Below are positions 9,925-22,358 of a DNA stretch of 64,000 bases, piece after piece (within the stretch, counting starts at the first letter, position 1; every line of letters starts with the position of its first letter). The translations under genes were made by a program, and so were the position numbers. A model generated the notes under the pieces. That model was not told the DNA's origin. It worked only from the letters and a program-made list of their open reading frames with translations, and ran no database searches. This DNA is from Prochlorococcus sp. AG-436-C13 (GTDB lineage Bacteria > Cyanobacteriota > Cyanobacteriia > PCC-6307 > Cyanobiaceae), in contig QCPC01000003.1 in the NCBI GenBank assembly GCA_003212695.1, positions 1,141 through 65,140 of the forward strand, read 5' to 3'.

Positions 9925-11343
9925 TTAAACATCCCAATCAGTATGAAAAGATCCAACTTTATCTATACGTTCATATGTATGCGATCCAAAGCAGTCACGC
10001 ATCGCCTGTACAAGATTTTGTGGCAACCTAGAAGTCTTATAACTATTTATATAATCAAGAGTGCTACTAAAGCATGGTACAGGAATACCAGCCTCAGCAG
10101 AGGCTGAGACTACTTTCGTTAGTCCATTTAAACGTTCTTTTACTTGTTTGGAGAACCAAGGATCTAACAACAAATTTGGCAATTGGGGATCAAGAATGAA
10201 AGCTTCTTGAATGCGTTTAAGAAGTGTTGACCTAATTATGCATCCACCTTTCCAAATCTGTGCAATAGATGGCATATGAAGCTCATATTTATATTCTTCA
10301 GAAGCCAAGCGAAGAATCTCCATACCTTGCGCATAGCTAGCAATAGTAGACAAAACCACAGCATCCATTATTGGAGCCATTCCATCTGATTTAGAACCCA
10401 AATTAAAAGAATAGGTCTTCGGGGAACCAAAAAGTGATTCAGCCCTTTGTCTTTGAGACTTCATAGAACTCATGACACGCCCATTAAGAGAAGCATAAAT
10501 AGTTGGGACAGAAGCACCTAGCTGTAGTGCACTAACTACAGTCCATAACCCAGTCCCTTTCTGTCCAGCTTTATCCATTATTTTCTCTACAAGATCTGAT
10601 CCATCTTCAGGATCTTTTACTTTTAAACACATTTCTGTTATTTCAACGAGATAAGAGGATAGTTCTTCAGTCTTGTTCCAAAAACCAAAAACCTCAGATA
10701 TTTCATCACAATTCATACCACAAACCCTTTTCATTAAGTCATAACTTTCTGCAAGTATTTGCTCAATACCATATTCAATTCCATTATGAACTGTTTTTAC
10801 AAAGTGACCTGAACCTCCCGGTCCGATATAGGTAACACAAGGTCCATCTTCTACTTGCGCAGCCATTTTATTCAATAATGGTTCAATAGCTTTATAAGAA
10901 GACTTTGTGCCACCAGGCATCATGCTAGGTCCTTGAAGTGCTCCTTTTGCTCCTCCAGATACACCCATCCCAATATATCCAAAACTTTTACTCTCTAACT
11001 CAGAGACTCTCCTCTCTGTGTCTGAAAACAATGAATTACCTCCATCAATCAACAGATCACCTTCTTCTAAAAAAGGAGATATTTGTTGAATAACCGCATC
11101 AGTTGCTTTGCCAGCTTTTACCATCATCAATATTCTTCTAGGGCGCTCTAATTTTTCAACAAAATCTTTTAAATCAATAGCACCTGATATTGACTTGTCT
11201 GCTCCTCTAGATTTTAAGAAATCCTCAGTTTTTGAATAAGTTCTATTGTAAACAACGCTAGAAAATCCATTCCTCTCTGCATTAAGGACGAGATTCTCTC
11301 CCATAACACCAAGACCTATCAAACCAAAATGTGCCTTGGTCAT
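9925..11343 (-). CDS. gnd: 6-phosphogluconate dehydrogenase (NADP, decarboxylating)
   Basis: GLIGLGVMG, IDGGN, GVSGG, KTVHNGIEYG, QKGTG and RDCFGSHTY motifs. Confidence 0.98.
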   Translation of the reverse strand: MTKAHFGLIGLGVMGENLVLNAERNGFSSVVYNRTYSKTEDFLKSRGADKSISGAIDLKDFVEKLERPRRILMMVKAGKATDAVIQQISPFLEEGDLLIDGGNSLFSDTERRVSELESKSFGYIGMGVSGGAKGALQGPSMMPGGTKSSYKAIEPLLNKMAAQVEDGPCVTYIGPGGSGHFVKTVHNGIEYGIEQILAESYDLMKRVCGMNCDEISEVFGFWNKTEELSSYLVEITEMCLKVKDPEDGSDLVEKIMDKAGQKGTGLWTVVSALQLGASVPTIYASLNGRVMSSMKSQRQRAESLFGSPKTYSFNLGSKSDGMAPIMDAVVLSTIASYAQGMEILRLASEEYKYELHMPSIAQIWKGGCIIRSTLLKRIQEAFILDPQLPNLLLDPWFSKQVKERLNGLTKVVSASAEAGIPVPCFSSTLDYINSYKTSRLPQNLVQAMRDCFGSHTYERIDKVGSFHTDWDV

Positions 11344-11507
11344 TTAAACGTACATTAACTTTGACAAGTGTGACTAATGCTTTATAAACATGCTGCTTTT
11401 TATTTTGGAATGTCAGGAATGAACCATTGATAAGTTTCAAGAAATTCTAAAAATAAACTCAATTTATTACCTTAAAAAATTTGAAAACCTAAGTTTAAGC
11501 TAGAGAT

Positions 11508-12803
11508 TCAAATGATAGTGCCGTCGGCAATACTTGCATTTTTAACTACAACAACAATTCCATTGCGAATATAAAAACCTTGATCAGAACGATCAGCTTC
11601 TTCAATATTGTCCTTGTTTATTATTTTCACATCATTTCCAACACGAGCATTTTTATCCAAAATAGCCCGTGTAACAGTTGATCCTTGACCAACTCCAAGT
11701 GGTATTCCTCCGCCGTTTCTTAAAGCAATCCTTTCTTCAGCAGATTCAAAGAAATCTGATCCCATTACTAAGGAATCTTTTAGAACCACATCACTTTCAA
11801 TCCTACTTCTAACACCTAAAACACAATGATGAATACTGCAGGATTTAAGAATAGAACCTTCTCCAACAATAGAGTCAGTAATTTGGGCATCTACTAATTT
11901 TGAAGGAGGAAGGTACCTTGCACGGGTATAGATAGGAAATTTCTCATCATAAAAACTAAATGGGGGTTTTGGCTGTTTGGTTAAAGCCAAATTAGATTCA
12001 TAAAAAGCGCCTATAGTTCCAATATCTTCCCAATAATCGTCAAATACATAACTTTTAAGTTTATCTCCTCTCTGCAAAGACTCTGGTATAACTTCTTTAC
12101 CAAAGTCCTTATGGGAAGGATGTTGATTTAGAAGATCAAATAAAGTCTCACGACTAAAAACATATATTCCCATCGAAGCTAAATATGGCCTTTCTTTAGA
12201 TGATTCTTTACTAAGACCAAAACGAGAAGTATCTACTGCCATAGCTTTTAAAGAATTACCTGATGGCTTCTCTTTAAATTCTTTTATATTTCCATCATTA
12301 TCTGTACGCATTAAACCAAATCCCTCAGCTTGCTCTTCATCAACAGGGAGAGCTGCAACAGTTAAATCAGCACCTGATTCTCTATGATGATTAACAAACA
12401 AGCTGTAATCCATTCGATAAAGTTGATCCCCAGAGAGAATTAAGTATTCATCAACATCCCATTCTTGGAACAACCATTGATATTTTCTTACCGCATCTGC
12501 TGTACCTTCAAACCATGAGGGACTCTCAGGAGTTTGTTGAGCAGCTAAAACTTCGACAAATCCTTGTGCAAAAGGAGAACTTAAGTTGTAAGTCTGAGCT
12601 AAGTGCCTATTAAGTGAAGCACTATTAAACTGCGTAAGAACATACATCTTTGTAATGTTCGAGTTAATGCAGTTACTTATAGGAATATCAATCAATCTGT
12701 ATTTGCCTGCCAAAGGTACAGCAGGCTTTGCTCTCATTTTAGTTAGGGGATAAAGGCGTGAACCCTTACCTCCCCCAAGAATTATGGCCAGTACCCGCTT
12801 CAT
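11508..12803 (-). CDS. glgC: Glucose-1-phosphate adenylyltransferase
   Basis: [34 protein letters not shown] and WEDIGT motifs. Confidence 0.98.
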   Translation of the reverse strand: MKRVLAIILGGGKGSRLYPLTKMRAKPAVPLAGKYRLIDIPISNCINSNITKMYVLTQFNSASLNRHLAQTYNLSSPFAQGFVEVLAAQQTPESPSWFEGTADAVRKYQWLFQEWDVDEYLILSGDQLYRMDYSLFVNHHRESGADLTVAALPVDEEQAEGFGLMRTDNDGNIKEFKEKPSGNSLKAMAVDTSRFGLSKESSKERPYLASMGIYVFSRETLFDLLNQHPSHKDFGKEVIPESLQRGDKLKSYVFDDYWEDIGTIGAFYESNLALTKQPKPPFSFYDEKFPIYTRARYLPPSKLVDAQITDSIVGEGSILKSCSIHHCVLGVRSRIESDVVLKDSLVMGSDFFESAEERIALRNGGGIPLGVGQGSTVTRAILDKNARVGNDVKIINKDNIEEADRSDQGFYIRNGIVVVVKNASIADGTII

Positions 12804-12913
12804 ACATCATTAAACAGACTTTGCAAACTTACTTGATGATGGGCAAATAAAACGAAATTGATAGACAGTTAATTGAAGAGTTCCATCCAGAAACAATTCA
12901 AATAAAATGAAAA

Positions 12914-14221
12914 CTAATTTTCTTCTTCAAGACTTAAGTTAAAAAGGGCCTCAATAATCTTCAATGATTCCTTCCTTTGTTCACTTGGCTGCGGTGCGCG
13001 TAAGTTTGTTACAGGAGTATGAAGGATTTTATTAATGATTCCCTTACTCAACGCTTCTACAACCTTCCTTTCTCTAGCAGAAAAATCTGGCCCCATACGA
13101 CTTAAAGCTTTCTGCAATTCCTCTTTTCTTATAGATTCCAAGCCAGATCGCAAACGATTAATTGTTGGTACAGCCTCTAAACTTGCCCACCACTCTAGAA
13201 AGCTCTTTGATTCTTCATCAATTAATGCCTGCGCTTCTAAAGCAATTTGCTGACGTGCATCTTGATTTCGTGCAACTACTTCTTGTAAGTCATCAACATC
13301 ATGAGCCTCAAAACCTGAAACCTCTGCAACATCAGCAGAAATATTTCTAGGTACACCTATATCAATAAGTCGAAGAATAGTTGATCTTTTAAATTTCTTT
13401 AATCGCTCAGCATTAATGATTGGCGATTCTGATGCTGTACTTGTAAATAATAAGGATGAGGACTCAAGGCACTTATCAAGACTATCTAATAAATCACATT
13501 TAACATTCAAATTAGGGAAATCAGCAGAAAGGGTTTCTGCCCTGCTCAAAGTGCGATTTATTAGCGTTAATTCTGAACATCCCTTCGATTGCAAATGCTG
13601 TAAAAGCAATCGACTCATTCTTCCAGCACCAACTACAACAACCTTTTCAGACTCAAGACTCATCAACTGATCTTTACCTTGTGACTGTCCAAGTTTCAAC
13701 TGAGCAAGTTCTACAGCTGCAGAGCTAATTGAAACTGCTCCAGTACCTAAATTTGTCTCAGAGCGAACCCTTTTACCTGTACTAACAGCTTGCGTAAGTA
13801 AGCGATTAAAAATTGGGCCAATTGATTGATGCTCTTGACCAAGACGAACCATTTTTTTTACTTGAGAAAGAATCTGTCCTTCCCCTAAAACCAAACTATC
13901 TAGACCTCCTGCAACGCTCATTAAATGATTTACGGCTTCAGACTGATTGAAATTAAAAAGATGAGGATACAAATCATCTTTATTTAAACCAGAATGATTA
14001 CTTAAAAAGGACTTAATCGCTGAAACACCTAATTCCTGATTTTTAACCAATGCATATATTTCAAGTCTATTGCAGGTACTCAGAATTGAAACTTCTAGTA
14101 CCTGATCATTCGACTTTAACGATTTGAAAGATTCCTCAATATGATCATCAGAGATGCTGAGCTTTTCACGGACCTCAACTGGTGCCGTCCGATGACTAAG
14201 ACCGACGACAGCTATGTTCAT
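12914..14221 (-). CDS. hemA: Glutamyl-tRNA reductase
   Basis: GLSHRTAPVEVREK, LSTCNRLE, LDSLVLGEGQILSQ, GAGRM and DIGVPRNI motifs. Confidence 0.98.
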   Translation of the reverse strand: MNIAVVGLSHRTAPVEVREKLSISDDHIEESFKSLKSNDQVLEVSILSTCNRLEIYALVKNQELGVSAIKSFLSNHSGLNKDDLYPHLFNFNQSEAVNHLMSVAGGLDSLVLGEGQILSQVKKMVRLGQEHQSIGPIFNRLLTQAVSTGKRVRSETNLGTGAVSISSAAVELAQLKLGQSQGKDQLMSLESEKVVVVGAGRMSRLLLQHLQSKGCSELTLINRTLSRAETLSADFPNLNVKCDLLDSLDKCLESSSLLFTSTASESPIINAERLKKFKRSTILRLIDIGVPRNISADVAEVSGFEAHDVDDLQEVVARNQDARQQIALEAQALIDEESKSFLEWWASLEAVPTINRLRSGLESIRKEELQKALSRMGPDFSARERKVVEALSKGIINKILHTPVTNLRAPQPSEQRKESLKIIEALFNLSLEEEN

Positions 14222-14253
14222 AAGTCAGTTTTGGAATTAATTTTAGAGGGTAT

Positions 14254-15258
14254 TCAGCTTAGAGCTATACTCTTTGCTCCATCTTTAATGTGAACTGTAT
14301 TAGTAAATCTGGCTGTACTATCTAGTGTACTAATTACAAGACTACTGGTACGAGTACAGTCTTTCTCAAATTTAACTCCATTAAATAAAAGTCCATCAGT
14401 AATTCCACTACCAGCAAAAACAACATTTTCTCCTGAAGCAAGTTCATTTGCTTCATAAATTTTATCTCCATCAGTTATGCCCATTTCATTCAGACGGGCA
14501 ATATTTCCTTCTTTTGTATAGTCGGCCCACTCTTCTGTCATAGCAATTGCTGGGTCATAAACTAATTGTCCCTGGAAATGCCCTCCTAATGCTCTCATTG
14601 CAGCAGCAGAAATAACACCTTCTGGTGCTGCCCCTATACCCATTAAGCAATGGGTGCCTGTACCTGCGAATCCGCAAGCTATTGCTGCTTGAACATCTCC
14701 ATCAGAAATAGGCTGAACTCTTGCTCCTGTAGAACGAATTTCGGAAATCAAATCTTTATGTCTTGCTCTATCCATTACGACAATTGTTAATTCACTAACG
14801 GCCATACCTAGACAGTCACTAAGGATTTTTATGTTTTCCGTTGCAGTTTTACGTATATCAACTTTCCCTTTTGCCGCAGGAGGAGCTGCAAGTTTTTTCA
14901 TATAAAAATCTGGGGCATTAAATAATCCCCCACGATCAGATGCTGCCAAAACAGCCATAGAGCCTCGCTGATTGTTAGCGCAGAGATTAGTTCCTTCACA
15001 TGGGTCAACAGCAAAGTCAACCCCAGGGCCAGAACCACTTCCTACTTCTTCTCCGATATACAACATTGGTGCCTCATCTCTTTCTCCTTCTCCAATAACT
15101 ATTCGACCTTGCATTTGAATCTTACCCATTCTTTTTCGCATAGCTTCCACAGCAGCTGCATCCGCTTCATCTTTTTTACCCAAACCAGTAAGTTCGGCAG
15201 AAGCAATAGCTGCCTGTTCGACAACTTCGAGAATTTCTTGAATAAGAGTGCGATCCAC
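14254..15258 (-). CDS. glpX: Bifunctional class II FBPase/SBPase
   Basis: [26 protein letters not shown] and GIGAAPEG motifs. Confidence 0.97.
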   Translation of the reverse strand: MDRTLIQEILEVVEQAAIASAELTGLGKKDEADAAAVEAMRKRMGKIQMQGRIVIGEGERDEAPMLYIGEEVGSGSGPGVDFAVDPCEGTNLCANNQRGSMAVLAASDRGGLFNAPDFYMKKLAAPPAAKGKVDIRKTATENIKILSDCLGMAVSELTIVVMDRARHKDLISEIRSTGARVQPISDGDVQAAIACGFAGTGTHCLMGIGAAPEGVISAAAMRALGGHFQGQLVYDPAIAMTEEWADYTKEGNIARLNEMGITDGDKIYEANELASGENVVFAGSGITDGLLFNGVKFEKDCTRTSSLVISTLDSTARFTNTVHIKDGAKSIALS

Positions 15259-15444
15259 TTTTTAAACGTTTTGGTAAGAGGGAGAGCTAAGCAAAATAAC
15301 CCATGATGGGAGGACTATATATGATTGACGAGACACTCTGGACAAAAAAAACTTTTTCATCTGAGAATATAAAACTTTTAAGTTGAAGACTTAGCCTTAA
15401 AAGAACCTCAATTTTATAGAATAAAAGTAATTTTTAAAATATTG

Positions 15445-16116
15445 ATGAGCTCTAAATCACTTGCCATAGCCCCGTCCATTCTTTCAGCAGATTTTGCAAG
15501 ACTAGGAGATGAAGTTCAAGCTATAGACAAAGCAGGTGCTGACTGGATCCATGTAGATGTAATGGATGGAAGATTTGTTCCAAATATCACTATTGGTCCT
15601 TTAATTGTTGAAGCACTTCGTCCAGTTACAACAAAACCATTAGATGTACATCTAATGATTGTTGAGCCAGAAAAGTACGTTGGCGATTTTGCAAAAGCTG
15701 GCGCAGATCATATTTATGTTCAAGTAGAAGCTTGCCCGCATCTTCACAGGAACCTAGGTCAAATAAAAGACTTAGGGAAAAAAGCCGGAGCCGTACTTAA
15801 CCCCGGCACTCCTCTGGACACACTTGAATACTGCTTAGAATTATGCGATTTAGTTCTAATTATGAGTGTTAACCCTGGTTTTGGAGGACAAAGCTTTATT
15901 GAAAATCAAGTGGATAAGATTCGAGACCTTCGAAGAATTTGCGATGAAAGAGGTCTTGATCCATGGATAGAAGTTGATGGGGGTATAAAGGCTAATAATG
16001 CATGGAAAGTCATAGAAGTCGGCGCAAATGCAATTGTGAGTGGTTCAGGTGTATTTAATCAACCAAATTATGCTGATGCTATTGAAGGAATAAGGAATAG
16101 TAAACGACCTCACTAA
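15445..16116 (+). CDS. rpe: Ribulose-phosphate 3-epimerase
   Basis: [32 protein letters not shown] and EVDGG motifs. Confidence 0.98.
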   Translation: MSSKSLAIAPSILSADFARLGDEVQAIDKAGADWIHVDVMDGRFVPNITIGPLIVEALRPVTTKPLDVHLMIVEPEKYVGDFAKAGADHIYVQVEACPHLHRNLGQIKDLGKKAGAVLNPGTPLDTLEYCLELCDLVLIMSVNPGFGGQSFIENQVDKIRDLRRICDERGLDPWIEVDGGIKANNAWKVIEVGANAIVSGSGVFNQPNYADAIEGIRNSKRPH

Positions 16117-16129
16117 ATCTTATAAATTC

Positions 16130-17065
16130 CTATAGAAACCATCCATAACTATGAAGTCCAATACCAAGAAGATTGACACCTAAATAACAAATAATAATTA
16201 TAAATAATCCAAATATTGCAATAATTGCTGGTCTTCTACCCTGCCATCCTCGACTTAACCTTGTATGAAGGTAGGCTGCATAAACCAACCAAGAGATGAA
16301 TGCCCACGTCTCTTTGGGATCCCAACTCCACCAACTTCCCCATGCCTCATTAGCCCACACAGCTCCACTAATAAGGCCAAAGGTTAAAAGTAAAAAGCCT
16401 AAAGAAATTGTTCTATAACTTAAACTATCAATTTCTTCTGACTTAGAAAAAACAACAGAAGAAAAACTAGCAGAATCTGCTAGTAAATTTTCTTTATAAG
16501 AACTTTGTCGATATGAGCCAATACCCATTGAATTACTTCTAATTTGTAAAGGTCCATTATCAGATGTAAAAAATACAGCCAATGATAGTAAAGATCCCAA
16601 GATCAAGGCCGCATAGCTGCACATAATTACACTTACGTGCATAACTAACCAACTCGATTTTAGAGCCGGAACCAAAGGAGATGCAACTTTAAGTTCTTCT
16701 GGTAAAACAAAACTTGCAAAGGCTATAGATATTAGAGAAATAGGAGTTAAAGTTGCCTGAATTAATGGACTTGGCAATACTCTCTCAATTAATAATTGAG
16801 TTAAAGTAAAACCCCATGTCAAGAAACACAATGATTCATAAAGATTACTTATAGGGAAATGACCAGATTGCCACCAGCGAATAATTAACTGCGTTGTAAT
16901 AGCAATATTAGCTAAGGCTATTAAGAAACGAACTAAATTTGAACTAGATTTTTCCCCAGCATTCCAGAAAACAATAGGAAGTGATAATAATAAAAGTGAA
17001 AATGATATAAAACCTATCAAGGTAACAGGATCTGATATATAATTATTAAGGACAATTAAATGCAT
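16130..17065 (-). CDS. ccsA: Cytochrome c biogenesis protein CcsA (system II)
   Basis: WWD domain [18 protein letters not shown]; [10 protein letters not shown]; C-terminal GLHSYG. Confidence 0.96.
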   Translation of the reverse strand: MHLIVLNNYISDPVTLIGFISFSLLLLSLPIVFWNAGEKSSSNLVRFLIALANIAITTQLIIRWWQSGHFPISNLYESLCFLTWGFTLTQLLIERVLPSPLIQATLTPISLISIAFASFVLPEELKVASPLVPALKSSWLVMHVSVIMCSYAALILGSLLSLAVFFTSDNGPLQIRSNSMGIGSYRQSSYKENLLADSASFSSVVFSKSEEIDSLSYRTISLGFLLLTFGLISGAVWANEAWGSWWSWDPKETWAFISWLVYAAYLHTRLSRGWQGRRPAIIAIFGLFIIIICYLGVNLLGIGLHSYGWFL

Positions 17066-17097
17066 AATATTTCTAATAGTATTTGAAATAGAGAAAA

Positions 17098-18333
17098 CTA
17101 ATCATCTGCATTATTAAGTAAGTAAACTCCTCCTGATAAGGAAACAAGTACAGGAACCCATGCACCTAAGAAAGGACTTAGAGCTCCAGAAATACTCAAA
17201 GAGCTAAAGATAAAACTTAAGAGGTAATAGAAGAGTATTAAAATAATACTTAAGGAAAAACCCATGCCTTGGCTAGCTCTTAAATTATCTCTGCAAGCAA
17301 TTGAGCTACCTATCAAGCTGAAAACAATACATGACATTGGCAGTGCATACTTTTCTTGAATACGCAGTTTCATTCTAAGTGTATCCTTCTTATTACCAGA
17401 AGATTTATAAAACTCCTTTGCCTTATAAGCATCTGATAGAGACATGTATTTTGCATCATCAGGCATTTGTGCTATTTCTTGCGGAGCAGAGTCTAATGGA
17501 TAAATATAATTATCAAATCTTATAAAAGTAGTTCCTCCTTTTGGAGAAATTGTAAGCAATTCTCCATTTTCAAATTCCCAATCTGCATCTAAATCGTTCC
17601 AATAAGCTTTCTTAGCAGTCAACATTTGTTTATATCCCAACCTAGAAAAATCCAATACTGTAATATCAATCATTTGCTTATTTTGTAATTCCTTTGCATA
17701 AAACAAATGAGTAACTTCTCCTCCAGCAGCTCCGAACCCAGGACCTGAATTATATTTAGAGTCTGGATCTATAATCTTTCCCTTACGTGTATACATAATA
17801 TCCTTAACATAGTTAGAATTCATTGAAACTCTAAGGCCTTTTTGCAATGTTTCCTTAGCATATTGATTAGCAGAAGGTACAATTAAATCATTAAATATAA
17901 ACGTAATACCTGTCATTAAAACACCCAACGCCAATGCAGGAATTACAATCCTTTTTGTTGATATACCAAGGCTTTTCAGGGCTTTTATTTCACTATTAGA
18001 TGACAATCTACTATAAGTTAACAAAGTAGCCATAAGTATGGCCATAGGGAAAGATATTACTAAAAAGCTTGGAAGTTTAAGAATAAAAGCCTGCAAGGCA
18101 AATCCAAGAGAAAGGCCTGATTCAACTATCTTCCTTACCAACTCAAACATTACTCCTACAGATAGTGCTACTAAAGTAAGAGCTGAAACTGCAAAGCAAA
18201 ATGAAGGGAAAAGCTCTTGCAAAATCCATCTATCCAAAAGAGGAATTTTCTTCCACTTTGATACAATTTGCCTATATATTTGGAAGAATAAAAATGAACT
18301 ACTTAAATATTGACTCGGTTTAAACATAATCAA
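17098..18333 (-). CDS. LptF/LptG family LPS export permease
   Basis: [22 protein letters not shown], three N-terminal and three C-terminal TM segments, AWVP; adjacent to lptB. Confidence 0.9.
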   Translation of the reverse strand: MIMFKPSQYLSSSFLFFQIYRQIVSKWKKIPLLDRWILQELFPSFCFAVSALTLVALSVGVMFELVRKIVESGLSLGFALQAFILKLPSFLVISFPMAILMATLLTYSRLSSNSEIKALKSLGISTKRIVIPALALGVLMTGITFIFNDLIVPSANQYAKETLQKGLRVSMNSNYVKDIMYTRKGKIIDPDSKYNSGPGFGAAGGEVTHLFYAKELQNKQMIDITVLDFSRLGYKQMLTAKKAYWNDLDADWEFENGELLTISPKGGTTFIRFDNYIYPLDSAPQEIAQMPDDAKYMSLSDAYKAKEFYKSSGNKKDTLRMKLRIQEKYALPMSCIVFSLIGSSIACRDNLRASQGMGFSLSIILILFYYLLSFIFSSLSISGALSPFLGAWVPVLVSLSGGVYLLNNADD

Positions 18334-19058
18334 AGCTCGAATCCCTCGCCTAGATAATGAGTCTTAACTAATGGATTCTTAGAAATTTGAGAAGAGTTTC
18401 CAGAAGCAAGAATAGTTCCATTACTGAGAATATAAGAACGATCTGTTATAGCTAATGTTTCACGAACATTATGGTCTGTAATCAATACGCCCATGCCACT
18501 CATTCTCAATTGTTGTATAAGATTTTGAAGATCAACTACTGCCATTGGATCAACCCCAGCAAATGGTTCATCTAAGAGTAGATATTTGGGTCCCAAACGA
18601 CCTATAGCCAAAGCCCTTGCGACCTCGCATCGACGCCTTTCACCACCAGAAAGTTTGTAGCCTGTTCGATCAGAAAAAGAACTTAAATTAAATTCATTGA
18701 TCAATTGTTCTCTACGAACACGAAGTCGAGAAGAATTAGGAAAACTTTGCGAAAGAGCAATATCCAGGTTTTGCTTTACAGAAAGATTCCTGAAGATACT
18801 TGGTTCCTGAGGTAAATATGCAATACCCAAACGCGCCCTATAAGGCATTGACATCTGAGTTACCTCTTTGTCATTTAAGAGCACTGCTCCTGAGTCGGGG
18901 TACAACTGACCTATTAGAAGATTAAAAGTAGTTGTCTTTCCTGCACCATTAGGTCCTAATAGTCCTACTATTTCACCTGGACTAATATTTAAAGATATAT
19001 CACTTACAAGGCTCTTGCCTTGTAAAGCTAAAGATACATTCTCAAGAACTAAGCCCAT
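18330..19058 (-). CDS. lptB: LPS export ABC transporter ATP-binding protein
   Basis: GPNGAGKTT, YLPQEPSIF, LSGGERRR, LDEPFAGVDP and ITDHNVRETL motifs. Confidence 0.95.
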   Translation of the reverse strand: MGLVLENVSLALQGKSLVSDISLNISPGEIVGLLGPNGAGKTTTFNLLIGQLYPDSGAVLLNDKEVTQMSMPYRARLGIAYLPQEPSIFRNLSVKQNLDIALSQSFPNSSRLRVRREQLINEFNLSSFSDRTGYKLSGGERRRCEVARALAIGRLGPKYLLLDEPFAGVDPMAVVDLQNLIQQLRMSGMGVLITDHNVRETLAITDRSYILSNGTILASGNSSQISKNPLVKTHYLGEGFEL

Positions 19059-19220
19059 AATTAATCTAATTTAGCTGACACACAAGATAAGGAAAGATTT
19101 ATTAAATATAATTTATTTATAGCAGAGAAAATCATCTTGCATAGTTAAAATTTGCAATTAAAATAAGAAAGAATATCCTAAAAGCCTTATAAAATATAAA
19201 TTAAAACAATGATCTCGGCT

Positions 19221-19598
19221 TTAAGTAAAAATTTGTTTAAGCTTTGGAGATTTTGAACTTTCTATATTCCCACCATTTTGTAAAATCTTAAATCTTTTTT
19301 CGACTTCCAAAGAAAAGCTATCAATATCTATCCCTAAATTAGGCAACTCATTATTTTTAATACGTCCTAATCCCTCTCCATAAAGTATTACTGCACCAGA
19401 CATATTGCCATTTGACAAGTGTACTTCTGCAACAGCTATTTGAAGAATAGCTTGAATAGTAATTCTTTCTAAGCCATTTGTAATATGCCATATTTCTTCA
19501 AAAATATCATGGGCTAGATACCACTCTCCTTCATTAAACAACTTAACTGCTTTAAAGAATTTAGATTCATCTTCCAGGCCAAATTCTAATGCAGACAT
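19221..19598 (-). CDS. DUF309 family protein
   Basis: LFNEGEWY.AHD.FEEIW and QAILQIAVA..H...N..GA. Confidence 0.88.
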   Translation of the reverse strand: MSALEFGLEDESKFFKAVKLFNEGEWYLAHDIFEEIWHITNGLERITIQAILQIAVAEVHLSNGNMSGAVILYGEGLGRIKNNELPNLGIDIDSFSLEVEKRFKILQNGGNIESSKSPKLKQIFT

Positions 19599-19605
19599 AA
19601 AAAAG

Positions 19606-21408
19606 TTAACGCTTATTAGATTTCTTCATACTTAACTTTCTTAATCTGATTGATTCAGGTGTAACTTCCAATATTTCCCCGGGTCCTATATATTCAAGTG
19701 CTCTCTCTAAGTTTATATCAACAGGCGACTGTAAAGTATCTAATTCTTCTGCACCTGCAGATCTCATATTTGTTAATTGTTTAGATTTGCATATGTTAAT
19801 TTCCAAATCTTGAGGTCTATTATGCTCTCCTATAATCATACCTTTATAAACCTTAGTTCCCGGTTTTATAAAAAATTGGCCTCTATCTTCTGCATTTTTT
19901 AAAGCATAGAAAGTTGAGACGCCCTCTTCAAAAGAAATTAGAACCCCATTTCTACGTGATTCAAATTCACCACATACGGGCCTATATTCAAAAAATGAAT
20001 GGCTCATAATACCCTCCCCCCGAGTAGCTCTTATAAATTCCCCCCTAAAGCCAATCAAACCTCTTGAAGGAATCAAAAATTCCAATTGTGTTCTTCCATC
20101 ATTAGTAGTAATCATATTTTGCATTTCACTTTTTCTTGAACCCAGCTTTTCTATACATGTTCCAACAGATTCCTCAGGAACATCTAGAACTAATGTTTCT
20201 AAAGGTTCGCAAAGTATATCTTCAATGGTTCTAAATATTACTTGAGGTTGCGAAACTTGAAATTCATATCCTTCTCTACGCATGGTCTCAATCAATATTC
20301 CAAGATGTAGTTCTCCTCGACCACATACTGCAAAACGGTCTGGAGATTCTGTTTCTTCTACACGTAAAGCAACATTTGTAAGCAGCTCTTTAAATAATCT
20401 TTCCCTTAATTGTCTACTAGTAACATATTTCCCTTCTTTTCCTGCAAATGGTGAGTCATTTACCACGAATGTCATCTGAAGAGTTGGTTCATCAACTTTG
20501 ATTAGCGGCAATGCTTTTGGTTCATCGGGACATGCAATTGTTTCTCCGATATTCACATCTTCAAAGCCAGACACTGCAACAATATTGCCTGCGTGAGATT
20601 CCTCTATCTCTATTCTTTGTAGTCCTTCAAAGCCCATTAATTTACTAATTCTTCCTTGTTTCAATTTTCCATCTTCTTTAATTAATATCGCACTTTGTCC
20701 GCTTCTAATTACACCATTGTGAACTCGGCCAATAATTATTCTTCCAAGAAAGTCTGAATAATCTAAAGATGTGATTTGCAATTGCAAAGGTTTATCTATA
20801 TCACCAATTGGAGGTGGAACATGGCGAATAATTGCATCAAATAACGGTTTCATTGTTTGACTTTCTGTTGCCATATCAGGCTTTGCAAAACCTCCCAACC
20901 CACTCCCAAACAAATAAGGAAAATCACACTGGTCGTCATCAGCTCCTAATTCAATAAAAAGATCTAAAACCTTATCCACAGCAGTCTCTGGATCTACTCT
21001 TGCTCTGTCAATCTTATTAACAAAAACTATTGGTCTTAGACCTTGTTCAAGAGCCTTCTTAAGTACAAATCTAGTTTGAGGCATTGGGCCTTCATTAGCA
21101 TCAACAATTAATAGACACCCATCTACCATTCCTAAGACTCTTTCAACTTCACCTCCAAAATCAGCATGTCCTGGTGTGTCAACAATATTGATTCTTGTTT
21201 CGTTATAAATAACGGCTGTATTCTTTGAAAGAATTGTGATTCCCCTTTCACGTTCCAAGTCATTGGAATCCATTACACAAGTAGGAATAGCCTGATTATC
21301 TCTAAATATTCCTGATTGACTTAGCAATGCATCTACAAGAGTTGTTTTTCCATGGTCAACATGAGCAACTATTGCAATATTTCGAAGAGCTTGTTGATTT
21401 AAAATCAT
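19606..21408 (-). CDS. typA: Translational GTPase TypA/BipA
   Basis: [37 protein letters not shown] and GRGELHL motifs. Confidence 0.98.
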   Translation of the reverse strand: MILNQQALRNIAIVAHVDHGKTTLVDALLSQSGIFRDNQAIPTCVMDSNDLERERGITILSKNTAVIYNETRINIVDTPGHADFGGEVERVLGMVDGCLLIVDANEGPMPQTRFVLKKALEQGLRPIVFVNKIDRARVDPETAVDKVLDLFIELGADDDQCDFPYLFGSGLGGFAKPDMATESQTMKPLFDAIIRHVPPPIGDIDKPLQLQITSLDYSDFLGRIIIGRVHNGVIRSGQSAILIKEDGKLKQGRISKLMGFEGLQRIEIEESHAGNIVAVSGFEDVNIGETIACPDEPKALPLIKVDEPTLQMTFVVNDSPFAGKEGKYVTSRQLRERLFKELLTNVALRVEETESPDRFAVCGRGELHLGILIETMRREGYEFQVSQPQVIFRTIEDILCEPLETLVLDVPEESVGTCIEKLGSRKSEMQNMITTNDGRTQLEFLIPSRGLIGFRGEFIRATRGEGIMSHSFFEYRPVCGEFESRRNGVLISFEEGVSTFYALKNAEDRGQFFIKPGTKVYKGMIIGEHNRPQDLEINICKSKQLTNMRSAGAEELDTLQSPVDINLERALEYIGPGEILEVTPESIRLRKLSMKKSNKR

Positions 21409-21506
21409 GAAAAAGAAAACTCTCTAAAAAAATAAAAGATTAAAGGCATAGAAATGAAAGAATATCTCAAAATGGGCAATATTAAGCAAAATGGTATATC
21501 AGCTTG

Positions 21507-22250
21507 CTATCTCTTCCTCCGGCGTTTTCTGTTAGCAGGTTCAAATTCCTTTAAGGCTTCGACAGTACCCTCATATCTCCAGTGCCAAGGTTCGTAACTA
21601 ACTCCTTGAATATTATTCTTTGGAAAAGAAAGAACAAAATGAAACTTTGCTGCATTTTTTTTAAGCCATAAATATGCAGGAGTTTTTTCAAATTCCACTT
21701 CAAAATCAGTAGATCTCATAGTTCCATCTCCAAAGTCCACTGCAAAACCAGTGCTGTGTTCTGAATAACCTGGCGGTGCGGAAACTTTTGCCCTTTCTAT
21801 TGCTATTTGATTACGAGCAGATTTATTCTCATAAAATATTTGCCTTTGCAAATCGATCGATCTAAATCCACTTATTACAATTAGCTGCACGCCTTGAGCG
21901 GCAGCAGAAGCTCTCATATTTGCCAAATCTCTAGCAACACTTTTATGGACTTCCATTCCTGGATAAACCGATGCCAATTTATCTTTAGAAACTTCTTTAT
22001 ATGGAAAATGACCCAAGAGAAGGCCGTCTTTAGAAATTCTAGCTTTTAACTTTCCTCTATTTGTTGAGATAGAAATTTCTGGATTAGGAAAAAAATTTAA
22101 TGCAATAAAAACTGTAAACAAAGTTAAGAATACGGAACCAAGCAAAAAGTATCTAAATCTTGAAGAAGTAATCCTTCTTGAAGCGACAAGCCTTCTTGCA
22201 AAAGGGATCTCTTCAGAATTATTGCCATCTGTGGGTGGTCTTAAACTCAC
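21507..22250 (-). CDS. M15B D-Ala-D-Ala carboxypeptidase (VanY-like), membrane anchored
   Basis: ISGFRS, SAPPGYSEHSTG.AVD and YEPWHWRY motifs; N-terminal TM. Confidence 0.92.
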   Translation of the reverse strand: MSLRPPTDGNNSEEIPFARRLVASRRITSSRFRYFLLGSVFLTLFTVFIALNFFPNPEISISTNRGKLKARISKDGLLLGHFPYKEVSKDKLASVYPGMEVHKSVARDLANMRASAAAQGVQLIVISGFRSIDLQRQIFYENKSARNQIAIERAKVSAPPGYSEHSTGFAVDFGDGTMRSTDFEVEFEKTPAYLWLKKNAAKFHFVLSFPKNNIQGVSYEPWHWRYEGTVEALKEFEPANRKRRRKR

Positions 22251-22358
22251 AAAAACAACTAAAAACTTGTTTCGATCGTAACGGTCTTAGCTAACTACTT
22301 CATACAGTAATTCTTATTGATGTAGGTTTTAAAATAAGACAATAAATTTGATCTAAAG

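Noticed and set aside
19059-19220. Gap where an lptA/ostA gene sits in some relatives
   Set aside because: No recognisable remnant by eye, so a pseudogene call cannot be supported.
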